DNA from: Phyllobates terribilis
Taxonomy: Eukaryota
Assembly: GCF_046119375.1 (NCBI RefSeq)
Contig: NW_027362761.1
Span: 379,378,001 to 379,442,000, forward strand
Direction of reading: 5' to 3'
Length of the DNA: 64,000 nt
Shown piece by piece: positions 1-12,319 of this stretch. Position 1 is the first letter of the stretch. Every line of letters begins with the position of its first letter. The notes under the pieces were generated by a model that had not been told where the DNA came from, ran no database searches, and was given only the letters and a program-made list of their open reading frames with translations. The position numbers were made by a program, and so were the translations under genes.

Positions 1-417
1 GTTTGATGACATATAGCTGAAGTCTATAGAATTCAGGAAGAACAAACAAGTTAAATGATTCTAAAAAGTGCACAATTTATTGAACTAGTGTACCATATTC
101 AATAATGGTGATAAGCTTGATAAAGGATTGCTTATTTGAAAATATCGCTGTCTGTTATGCTATGCTCACACATTGCGTTTTTTCAGCTTTTTTTTTATGC
201 ATTTTTTAATGCAAATTTTCAGCTGCGTTTTACAGTACCAGCAAAATCTGAGTTTCCAGAAATCTCATGCACACACCTTGGTTTTTGTTTCATTAGTATT
301 TCGTGCTTTGTGTGTTTTTTTGCATAATAGAGCATGTCACTTCTTTCAGCGTTTTTTTCAGCATTTTCACCTATTGGAAGTAATGTGTAGTGAAAAAACG
401 CCTAGTGTGAACAAAGC

Positions 418-981
418 TGTCTTGGGTGTGTCAAATGTGACAGACATTCACCCTGCAGTTGGTTGCTGGAGATCTCTTTGTTTGGCATTACAGACACCTT
501 CTTAGTTCTGTCTCACTCTAGGACCCAGTGGCTACCTTCCAATTACTAATTAACACCCTGACCTGGGTGTTTAAATACTTTCAGTCTGCAATAGGGAGGC
601 GTGTTGATATTCATATGACCCCTAGAGAAGGCTTGGAGCAAATGCAGTTCTTACTTCCTTTCTGGTGCTAAGAGGACGTGTGTGCCATCTCTCTGAAGTC
701 GACTCAAGCTAAGCTACTTCCCCTGTGTCTGTCTCCCTTTGCTGTCTTTAGCTGTCAGTGGGGATCGACTAGCGCTCATCTCCCCCTTCCCTATCTAGGG
801 CCAAGCGCTAAGGAAATACAGAGATAGGATCCTGTGCGGCGATTGGTGATGAACCAATATAGGGACGGGTGATTGTAGATAAGCCTAGGAGATCGTCACT
901 TTCCCCTTTACCTAGTGTCTGGGCTCCCTTCCCCTCATCCCTTTGTGTCACACTTTTGTCTTTCCTACACTGAGTGTGACA
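418..981. mobile_element. Probable solo LTR (Ty3/gypsy-type)
   Basis: Starts TGTCTT and ends GAGTGTGACA. Flanked by near-matching 5-mers AAAGC (413-417) and ATAGC (982-986). No coding capacity. Confidence 0.4.
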
Positions 982-2659
982 ATAGCTATCAGGTTTTGCT
1001 GTGTTTTTAGTGAAAAAAATCAAGTACAACAGTATGTGAAACTCATTTATTTTTGTGATTTTACCATCTTGTCTTCATCATCTTAGAATGCAGCTTGGAT
1101 TAGGAGAGTTTAATTAAATTAGTGATGCATATACACGTGAATGCATATATACAATATTGTTCCTAATGATGACGATGCTGGGAGGAAGTGGGGAGCGAAC
1201 CTTAGTGTTGCGCACGCTGGAGGTCACTGGAGTGGAAGTCACAGTGACTCGCTGGCGCCTGCGCACAACATACCTGAACATAGCCAGGAGGATAAAGTGC
1301 GTATATAGACGTAATATTAATGTTTAGCAACACTATGCAGCACCTATAATTTATAAAAAGTTTTACAAAATGATAGTTACACTTTAATTGCATCATTCAA
1401 CTTACACACTGTTGATTGACTCTACATACAGACTTCAGCCTTTCCCTTTAAAACTCAGCAATTTGTGCTGCAGGTCTATCCTATCTAATTCACTAGTAGA
1501 AAGTTATCTTTTTCTTCTATGTTACTAATAGTAAATGCTTTCTTAAGGCAGCTTGTACTTCCCTATTTAGATATTTTAGCTGCTATATATCCCTATCTAT
1601 GTTGAGGCCTGCTGGCCAATAGAGAACTTTAATACTAGAGATAGGACGACACCTTGTCGCGGTGGGATGACTTTTACGTTTTTTTGATGAAATTAGTGTT
1701 AACTAGGTACCCTATGTTATTTACATGTACTATTACTATTTATTTACTTACTCTAGGGTATTTGCTCACTTTATTTTTATCTTATGTTTTGTTTGTTAAT
1801 TGGCCACAGTGTGAATGTGCGATGTTGTATTCTACTTAGACTAACATGTTCCAGCTCATTTCTTTGGTTTTATATATTTCTATCTGTTTAGTAGCAGGGA
1901 GAAAGTAAAGGTTTGCAGTGATTCATGTCTCCTCCAACACTAAAAAAATTTGAATGTGTAGTCTACAAGTCAATGAAGCTAATAAAAGTAGACAACCCAG
2001 GTTTGTTAAATTCTAGATTATAAACTTGGAATTACTGATTGAGGTGCACCTAAGAGGTCTGATGGATTTACACTGTTACAATTTAGTAGATTTTAGAATC
2101 AGTAAAGGGATTTAATGGGATTTTTTTTTGCTTAATAATCGAGAGTAAGAAATTCAAAAATAAAAGCAATAATGAAGCAAGTATTACCAACTGCTTAAAT
2201 CCTTAGCTGCTCCCTTTCCACATCATATATCTGCTGAGGCTGCAGCAGTCATGAGGTGCCTGATGGATAGGACTTCATTACTGGTGTCTATGGAGTGCTG
2301 TAGAACTAATAGTGCTATATCAATTAGTGAAATAATAAAATGAATAAAATAAAAATTACTGTCAGAAAACATTTTAATCGTTATTTTTAAAGGTTTTTAT
2401 TTTGTATTGTCCAGCATTCTGTCTGTATAATTTCTCACAAGTTAAAAGGCTTCTATTTGCAATAATATAAATGAAGTCTTAATTTTCTATCTTATTCATG
2501 TGATGGTTGTATGGAGGAAAATAAGGGGTTCAGGCCCCGCTCTGCTCACCGAACCCCATACGCCAGTAAAGGCAGTAATGCCCTGATGGCAGCCCTGATT
2601 ACATGTATGTAACAAAGGTCAGCAGTGTTTCTTTGAAGGATTGACCCACATATGTTATA

Positions 2660-4219
<1,560 letters not shown>

Positions 4220-4789
4220 TATAACATGACCAGGCAACCATCTGTTTGTCAGGATCAGCCACTTGGTAGAATAAACTAATTTTTAAAGCAGTAATGTGAA
4301 TATAACATTGTTTTATCTTTGTTACATTGAAAATATAACAATTGACAAGTAGATAAACTAATAATATATATAAAATGAGCACCGGTGGTCTAATGTTTTA
4401 CTTCACATCATTAACCATAACACATGCCATAAATTCATTCTCTGACAAGCTAAAACATCAATTTCAGGCTTATGCACCTTGGATACACTGTACAATAAAC
4501 CAACATTTAAGCTGAGGTCAGCTTGAAGCTGTACACGGTCTCTTTGTTACAATGATCTGCTATGCCAATCACTATGATCCATTCAGTGTAATGCAAATAA
4601 TGAGCTCAACTGCGTAGTAGTACACAGCCAACGTGAAAATTTTTTGAGGAATTCTAACAATATGTTCTCATAGTGTAATTGTAATAAATTTTTGGCTTCA
4701 ATCTGTGATCCTGTACTGTTGGTAGAGGGAAGGCAAAACACCCAATTTGAGATAGTTTCCAAATGTTTATGGCTTCCAACAAGCCTACA

Positions 4790-5013
4790 ACCTGCAGTAA
4801 ACACCACTGCACGACCAGCTCTACCCTCACCTAATGTATCCTCACCTATCCCTTCTACAATGTGAGCCCTCGCGGGCAGGGTCCTCGCTCCTCCTGTACC
4901 AGTCGCTGACTTGTTTTGTTAAGATTATGTAAATGCTTTTGTTATGTATATCCCTATCACATGTAAAGCGCCATGGAATAAATGGCGCTATAATAATAAT
5001 AATAATAATAATA
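4790..5013 (+). mobile_element. 3' end of L2/CR1-like retroposon with (ATA)n tail
   Basis: TGTAAAGCGCCATGG...ATGGCGCTAT followed by (AAT)n, a typical L2-type 3' terminus. The left boundary is approximate. Confidence 0.55.
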
Positions 5014-6954
5014 AATGGCAATGACAATAGACCACGAAGGAGAACCCATCAGCATGAGCTTTGTAACGTAAAGACATGGCTGTAATGATGCTGTAATGCT
5101 GGTTAAATTGATACCTTTGATGAGGAAATCCACTTTATTTGTTCTTCTTTAATCACCATTTGACGTTTTCTACTAATTATATTTCGATGCACAGAGGCCG
5201 GACTGTACACTGTCTTCTCCTCCCTTTCTGTGATTCCCTGGCCCCTCTGCTGCCGGCGGTATGTGAATGACCTGCCTCCTCTGTTTAAAATCTCAGCAGT
5301 GACCTGTCATTCAAAGACTGGAGGTAGGCGGAGGGGTGGGGAGAAGCCGCCAAGGACCCGCCTGTATGACTAGTCTCCTGTGCAGCTCAATCCCTGGCAG
5401 CTTTTAAAATGGTGTTTTTCTCTGAAACGCCGCAGCATTATAGAGACAAACATACATAGCTGTGATCGTATAGCCAGTGGCTGATACATGCTGCCCATGG
5501 TTTGGGCACCATGTATCAGCTGTCAGGTTCCCCTTAAACATAATCTTACTACACACTGTAAAGTACATTAGGGAAAAAATCTACAGTCCAGTAACAAGAA
5601 AGTGAGTGGTTTACAGATAACTTCTGACATATGGCTCAACTGAAAGGGGTTTTCTGGGATATATTTATTTTTTATTAAGAGATTATATAACAAAAAGTAA
5701 GAGGGTTTCTTATTTAAAGTTGTTGTTTTTTTAATTCCCTTTATGAAACGGCTAGATAGAGAATGTAATCCCACTTTAAATAAATGCTCTTTTCTTGGAA
5801 CTTTACCCAGTAATAGTGACAGATATAAATTTATAAGCCACAAATAAAGTTCTGTTTTAATTATAGGAAACTAGTGTCACATACAGGTTGAGTAAGGCTG
5901 GTTTCCTGTAATTATAGCAGAATTCCAATAACCTAGCCCCTGTAGACACGAAGACTGCCCCACAGATATTGACATCCCCATCTCTTACTGTTGTAAACAA
6001 TGGCCTTTGTTGGGAGGCAATTACTGTCTTCCCACACTGTGAAGTGGAGTCAACATTTGTCCATTGTCTCATTCTGTTGGCAAAAACGGACAATATGTCT
6101 GATTCCTTACTTTAATTAGAATAATGCAATGCTTCACACAAAGGCTACATACTTGTTACTAGCACATGTTTTATCCTGGCGGTAATACCCAGAATTCTCA
6201 GAGACCAATCACAAAGTTGTAAAATCAAGTCACTTGTTTCATTTACAGTATATGGACGTGGACAAGAGCATTTCTCATCTTCCATTGTGCAGACTGGGGC
6301 CACAAACAAACTCATCTGAATGTATCTAACTACTGTACATTCTGAATGCAAGAAGTTCATTAAATAATATATATTTTAGATATGTCTTAGGCTAAGTTCA
6401 CATGTCCAATTCTTCAATTGGAAGAAAAAGAGATGACCATGTAATTGATCTATTACTGTTACCCATAGACTTCAGTGTAAAAAGGACAAGGATCCTGTTG
6501 CAATCCGAAAAAAGTTGTGTCTGCAAAACTTTATTGTGCGGCTAAGATAACTGAATTAAAGCTGGTGATACAGATACTTCAAATACAGTTGGAAATTATT
6601 TCTAGATAAAGGGGAGTAAGCCAGCAACATGTCTAGGAGGAAAAAATATTATAAAAGCAAAAAAATTATTAAATCATTTTAAAAACACAGCAGAAAAGAA
6701 GTTATCCCAGGAAATAGTTTATGCGCTTTGAACAACAAGATTCTTCATCATAGCATGTATAATCTACATCCCGAGATAACTTCCTGTTTTTCTATCATGT
6801 TTTTAAAATGATTTAATAAATTTGTTGTTTTTATAATATTTTTTTACACCTGTTGCTGGATAACTCACCTCTTTCTGTATTCCTCTGTTGGTCACCGGTA
6901 TACAGCTTTAATCAGTGAACCACCCAAGGATTATGTTTGCTGATTTTATATACG

Positions 6955-6956
6955 TG

Positions 6957-7006
<50 letters not shown>
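6955..7006. repeat. (TA)n microsatellite, the target site of the adjacent Tc1
   Basis: Direct read of the TA run abutting CACTGCTC at 7007. Confidence 0.95.
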
Positions 7007-7009
<3 letters not shown>

Positions 7010-7316
7010 TGCTCAAAAAAATAAAAGGAACACTCAAATAACACATCCTAGATCTGAATGAATGAAATATTCTCATTGAATACTTTGTTCTGTACAAAGT
7101 TGAATTTGCTGATGTAGCACCCCGAGGGCTCGGCTGCTACAGGGGTATTGCACCTCAAACCAGAGGTGTGGTATTCCACTCCCGGGTAAGGATGGAGTGT
7201 GGACCAGGACTCATTTAGCTGCATGCACCACACACACCACATTTCCGAGGGACAGGTCAACGGTGCTCCCACTAGACAGAAGTGCAGGCACGACAGCATC
7301 TGTCCCTGGCTGGAGT

Positions 7317-7434
7317 GGGGCGGGGGGTGGAATACCCAGTGGTGTAGGAGCAGATAGGGGTGGGTTTCTGGGCATAGGTAGGAGCCCATTGGTTGCTAGT
7401 CACCTGGGCTCGGGTGTCAGAAGGAGGTATATAA
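7317..7434 (+). promoter_or_regulatory. LTR U3 promoter (GC box, inverted CCAAT, TATA)
   Basis: GGGGCGGGG at ~7317, ATTGG at 7388-7392, TATATAA at 7428-7434. Repeated in the 3' LTR; copy 2 has TATAAGA (53271). Confidence 0.55.
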
Positions 7435-8416
7435 GGTGGGCACCATCTTAGGACAGGAGTCAGTTCAGTTCAGAGAGGAGTTCAGCCAGAGAGTGCTGAC
7501 AGAGAGCTGTGGCTCAGTCTGGGCCCAGCTCCAGAGGCAGGCCTGGAGTGGAGGCCAGAAACAGCAGAAAGAGAGAGGAGAAGGAACGGAAAGGAAAGTA
7601 AGAAAGGAACTGGAAAAGAGGAGAAAGGAAGCAAGGAACACAGAGAAAGGCCCAGAGACACGAGGACAGAAGGAACCCCATATGCCCAGGAGATACAGGG
7701 TGAAGGGTTGGCAGAGCAGGGTACCGGAACCCAAATTGGTGGAGGCGACTAATCCTCAGCCAAAACCGGAGGTTGTGACCACATCTTGATGCGACCCCTC
7801 ACTACATCCACCAGGAAAGCATACCACATAGGGTCAGGGAAACCGGAGAGAGGTTTCGCCAACAGAAGGCCCGAGGAAGCTGGACAAAGGTGGGTCACTG
7901 GTGGGGACGGCCAGAGAAAGGAAAGGAAGGGAGCCCTGTGCCACACTCTGGAATTGCCTGGGAGTTGGTCGAGCCCCTTGCCTGGTGAACGCAGCACGGC
8001 TCAGGCGGTCCTTCATGTGCACAAGTGACCTGGATGAGAACTGTGAGTAAAGCATTGGAAACTGCACCACACGTCTCTGTGTTTCATCGCCGCACCAGCA
8101 CCATTAGTACTGGGACGCTCACACCATCACTACCATCATCTACTCTAGCTGCCCTGAGGCAATACTCCTCCCGTGGGGAGTTATCCCATTCTTGGCTGCG
8201 CATATAACATCAGCCCCAGTGGTCTGCAGCGCAGCGGCGGTCCCCACTGACCGCAATCAACTTTTGGCGTAGTCGGACCATTACAATACAAATAGACTGC
8301 CACTGAATTGACCACCCTGGGCACGGACCGGGTCAGCGCCACTGAGACTACATCCCACCAGAGGCCTGGTTCCGGGTATCCCCTGCACAACACAGGCCCA
8401 TGGGGCGCGTCAACTT

Positions 8417-8434
8417 TGGCGTAGTCGGCAGGAT
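8417..8434 (+). promoter_or_regulatory. Primer-binding site complementary to the 3' end of tRNA-Ser
   Basis: TGGCGTAGTCGGCAGGAT is the reverse complement of ATCCTGCCGACTACGCCA, the 3' 18 nt of vertebrate tRNA-Ser(AGA/TGA type, recalled sequence). It lies 4 nt downstream of the LTR. Copy 2 (50595-50612) has one C>T. Confidence 0.85.
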
Positions 8435-8643
8435 CTTTACCAACCCGCCACAAGCGGGTATTGCGTGCCTGAAGAAGATCGTACATGTACCTTGAAAAGA
8501 AGTCTCCCGCCATTTCCAGAAGTTTCCCGCCGTTCGGAGTCGTTTCCCGCCATCCGGAGCCGATTCCCGCCATCAGACGCCATTTTGGACCGTTTCCCGC
8601 CATCTTCATCCGTTTTTCCCGCCCTGGCAGAGCGGACGCCATT

Positions 8644-10266
8644 ATGTGCGCACCAAAGGACAGCAGGAAGCCGCCTCCCATCGTGGGCCAGGTCCCAGAG
8701 TGGCGCCAAAGGAGGGGCCCGCCCCCAGCAACAATGAGTGCAGCAATGGAGATGTCCATCAATGTGGGGGGGGGCTGCCCCTAAAGGTGATTGTCAGCAG
8801 ATGCCCCCAAGACCACCCCCCATGGGGGCGGATAGGAAAGAAAACTGTGGGGCCGGGCGCGGCCTGGATCAGTCTGGACCTGCTGCACCCGGAGATGGAG
8901 GGAGCAGAAAACTCCACCAGCACCCTGGCCCGCAGCCTGCTGCAAGCTGAGCCACCCTGCAGCCTGACAGAGTTGCTAGCCCAGCTGCCCAGGGACCCGG
9001 ACAGTGCACGCGCAGCGCTGGAAGACCTGAACAGGAGGATGGTCCGGGCGCAGCGGGATGTGTTTGCCGGGTGGAGAGAGGAGATGGCCCGGCAGCACGA
9101 AGGCAGAAAGCGGAGGACCCCGCCGGGACCGGGCAGCGCGCTTACCACTGGGCGCGGAGAAGAGGGACCGGCAGCTGCAGACGACGCCGCGGAGGAGGCC
9201 ACGGAGACCGAGGCAAGTAATGGGGACGCCACCACCCCAAGCCCTGGGAACACCAGCCTGCCCTCACCCTCCACTGCGGGACCCGAAGCCCCGGGGACCG
9301 TACCTGACATCATGCCTCCACCGCCGCCAGCTAGGCCTCAGGCTGCAAACGTCACTGTCACGCCCCGCCCTGCGCTGTGCCCTCTGAACCCGGGCGCCGT
9401 AAAGCGGGAGACGTCACAGGCCGGGACCCAAGACCCAGCACACCCGGGCGCCACTGCCTCACCAGCGCCCCCTACCTTGGCGGTGCCACCCCCGGGCGCG
9501 ACCAACGGCCTGGTCGCAAGGCCGAGTGCCCCCGGGCGCTGCCACCCGTCCAAAGCCCGCGGTGCCACCCCTGGGTGCGGACCTGTACGCCCAACATACC
9601 AGCCCAGACGGGCTGCCCTTTGAGTGGCCACCGGAGCTTGTCAACCCCCGTCTCCGGAAAGAACAACCCCTGAGCGAGCCTCTGATCCCGGCCCCGGAGC
9701 CTGCCAACATCGCTGCACCCCCGCCGGAGGAATCCCAGTTTTCATGGGACCCCACCGGCGAGAATCTCATGGGGTTCACCCAGGAGATCCGGGCGGAAGC
9801 AGCCCGGCGCCTGGATTGCTGCCGTCAGCAGCTGGCCACCTTTGAAAGGGAGCGACGGCAGAGGCGCATCAGGGAGGAGCGACTCCAGGCCAGGAGCGCG
9901 GAACAGAAGAGGAGGGCCCGACAAGACGCCCACGCCATCCGCGGTCCCAGAGCCACCGGGACCGTAGTCAAGTTCCAGCTGGAGCACGGCTGGGGCTTCA
10001 TCAGAGACCCGGAGGCTGACACCGACGTCTTTGTCACCAGAAGGGACGTAGAGGGCCACCTGCCGGAGGGACATCACGGCCGTGACCTGTACCCCGGTGA
10101 CGTGGTCACCTACACCCGGCACAAGGGCGCAAAGGGACTGTATGCCCTCCATGTCCACCGTCTAACAGAGGAGGAGCTGCGGTACCGCCCAGACATGGAC
10201 TACCCTGAGTGCCCGGATGGGTCTGAAGGCTATGAGGAAGGAGCATCAGGAGGACACCGTTATTGA
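8644..10266 (+). pseudogene. CSD-protein ORF of copy 1, two frameshifts (~543 aa reconstructed)
   Basis: Pieces 8485/8644-8770, 8646-9623 and 9526-10266. Relative to copy 2 it has +2 G in the G-run at ~8766-8774 and an 11-nt deletion at ~9508. The C-terminal TGTVVKFQLEHGWGFIRDPEADTDVFVTRRDV...LYPGDVVTYTRHKGAKGLYALHV aligns to the CspA/Y-box cold-shock domain (RNP1 GWGFI, RNP2 DVFV). Confidence 0.85.
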
Positions 10267-10854
10267 ATAAACGGTAAAATTAACTGTAAATAGTTACCCG
10301 TCAGGGTATCAGAATTGTAGATGAAACTGTTGACTGTGTGAACGTTACCTGTGTGCCCCTAATCCCTAACCAGGCTGAGGACTGTGAGCAGCCACTCCCT
10401 TATCCCCACTGGCCGAGGACTGAGAGCGGCCACCCTTGTAAATAGTTGCGCTTCTTAAAGCGCCCCCTACTGATTTTATACAAGAACTGCAACGTCTACC
10501 TCAGGACGAATTAAATGGACTGTTGCACCTTTTCCTGGTCGCAAGTTGCACAGCGGCCAGAGTTCAAGAATCTGCTTGAAAATGTTTTACTTGAAAATGT
10601 TTTTGTTTAAGAATGTCTTATACTGAAAAAGTTTCATATGCTGCTAAAGGAGTTTATAGTATTCTATATGTGTGTGAAGAAAGTCTTATAATGTTTTACG
10701 ATGTTTATACCAGTAACGTTTAAAAGGAAAAGAGTACCTCCCATAAAGGGATGGGTTAATTGTTGAATGTCTTATATGCGAATGCATTCTAAAAATTTGT
10801 ATGTTTTCAAATTGTTTTGTTCTCTTCCAGCCCGAGGACGTGCTGTGATTTACC

Positions 10855-10863
10855 AGGGGGGAA
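10855..10863 (+). promoter_or_regulatory. Polypurine tract
   Basis: AGGGGGGAA directly before the TG of the 3' LTR, preceded by CCCGAGGACG as often seen at gypsy 3' ends. Identical in copy 2 (52949-52957). Confidence 0.85.
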
Positions 10864-12319
10864 TGTAGCACCCCGAGGGCTCGGCTGCTACAGGGGTATT
10901 GCACCTCAAACCAGAGGTGTGGTATTCCACTCCCGGGTAAGGATGGAGTGTGGACCAGGACTCGTTTAGCTGCATGCACCACACACACCCCATTTCCGAG
11001 GGACAGGTCAACGGTGCTCCCACTAGACAGGAGTGCAGGCACGACAGCATCTGTCCCTGGCTGGAGTGGGGCGGGGGGTGGAATACCCAGTGGTGTAGGA
11101 GCAGATAGGGGTGGGTTTCTGGGCATAGGTAGGAGCCCATTGGTTGCTAGTCACCTGGGCTCGGGTGTCAGAAGGAGGTATATAAGGTGGGCACCATCTT
11201 AGGACAGGAGTCAGTTCAGTTCAGAGAGGAGTTCAGCCAGAGAGGGCTGACAGGGAGCTGTGGCTCAGTCTGGGCCCAGCTCCAGAGGCAGGCCTGGAGT
11301 GGAGGCCAGAAACAGCAGAAAGAGAGAGGAGAAGGAACGGAAAGGAAAGTAAGAAAGGAACTGGAAAAGAGGAGAAAGGAAGCAAGGAACACAGAGAAAG
11401 GCCCAGAGACACGAGGACAGAAGGAACCCCATATGCCCAGGAGATACAGGGTGAAGGGTTGGCAGAGCAGGGTACCGGAACCCAAATTGGTGGAGGCGAC
11501 TAATCCTCAGCCAAAACCGGAGGTTGTGACCACATCTTGGTGCGACCCCTCGCTACATCCACCAGGAAAGCATACCACATAGGGTCAGGGAAACCGGAGA
11601 GAGGTTTCGCCAACAGAAGGCCCGAGGAAGCTGGACAAAGGTGGGTCACTGGTGGGGACGGCCAGAGAAAGGAAAGGAAGGGAGCCCTGTGCCACGCTCT
11701 GGAATTGCCTGGGAGTTGGTCGAGCCCCTTGCCTGGTGAACGCAGCATGGCTCAGGCGGTCCTTCATGTGCACAAGTGACCTGGATGAGAACTGTGAGTA
11801 AAGCATTGGAAACTGCACCACACGTCTCTGTGTTTCATCGCCGCACCAGCACCATTAGTACTGGGACGCTCACACCATCACTACCATCATCTGCTCTAGC
11901 TGCCCTGAGGCAATACTCCTCCTGTGGTGAGTTATCCCATTCTTGGCTGCGCATATAACATCAGCCACAGTGGTCTGCAGCGCAGCGGCGGTCCCCACTG
12001 ACCGCAATCCACGGGTGGCGTAGTTGGACCATTACAATACAAATAGACTGCCACTGAATTGACCACCCTGGGCACAGACTGGGTCAGCGCCACTGAGACT
12101 ACATCCCACCAGAGGCCCGGTTCCGGGTATCCCCTGCACAACACAGGCACAGGGGGCGCGTCACTGACAACAAAATCACACAAAAATCATCAATGGAAAT
12201 CAAATTTATTAACCAAAGGAGGCCTGGATTTGGAGTCACTCCCAAAATTAAAGTGGAAAAACACACTACAGGCAGATCCAACTTTGATGTAATGTCCTTA
12301 AAAGAAGTCAAAATGAGGC

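Larger units (their letters stand above)
7113..12163 (+). mobile_element. Non-autonomous LTR retroelement carrying a cold-shock-domain ORF, copy 1
   Basis: LTRs 7113-8412 and 10864-12163 (1300 bp each, TG..CA, about 23 differences by eye). TSD CTGA at 7109-7112 and 12164-12167. PBS 8417-8434, PPT 10855-10863. The 2451-bp interior has no RT, RNase H, integrase or protease motifs. Confidence 0.93.

Noticed and set aside
4583-6360. Three minus-strand ORFs (4583-4807, 5857-6093, 6145-6360) with some splice-like boundaries, possibly an antisense gene
   Set aside because: No recognisable protein family, and the open frames do not join in phase at the apparent GT/AG sites.
7436-7789. Lys/Glu/Arg-rich ORFs in each LTR (also 11187, 49669, 53335)
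   Set aside because: By-products of the purine-rich LTR tract; the start differs between copies and there is no domain signal.
8181-10158. Several long antisense and alternate-frame ORFs over the CSD element interior
   Set aside because: Expected shadow ORFs in very GC-rich sequence; third-position variation supports only the CSD frame.
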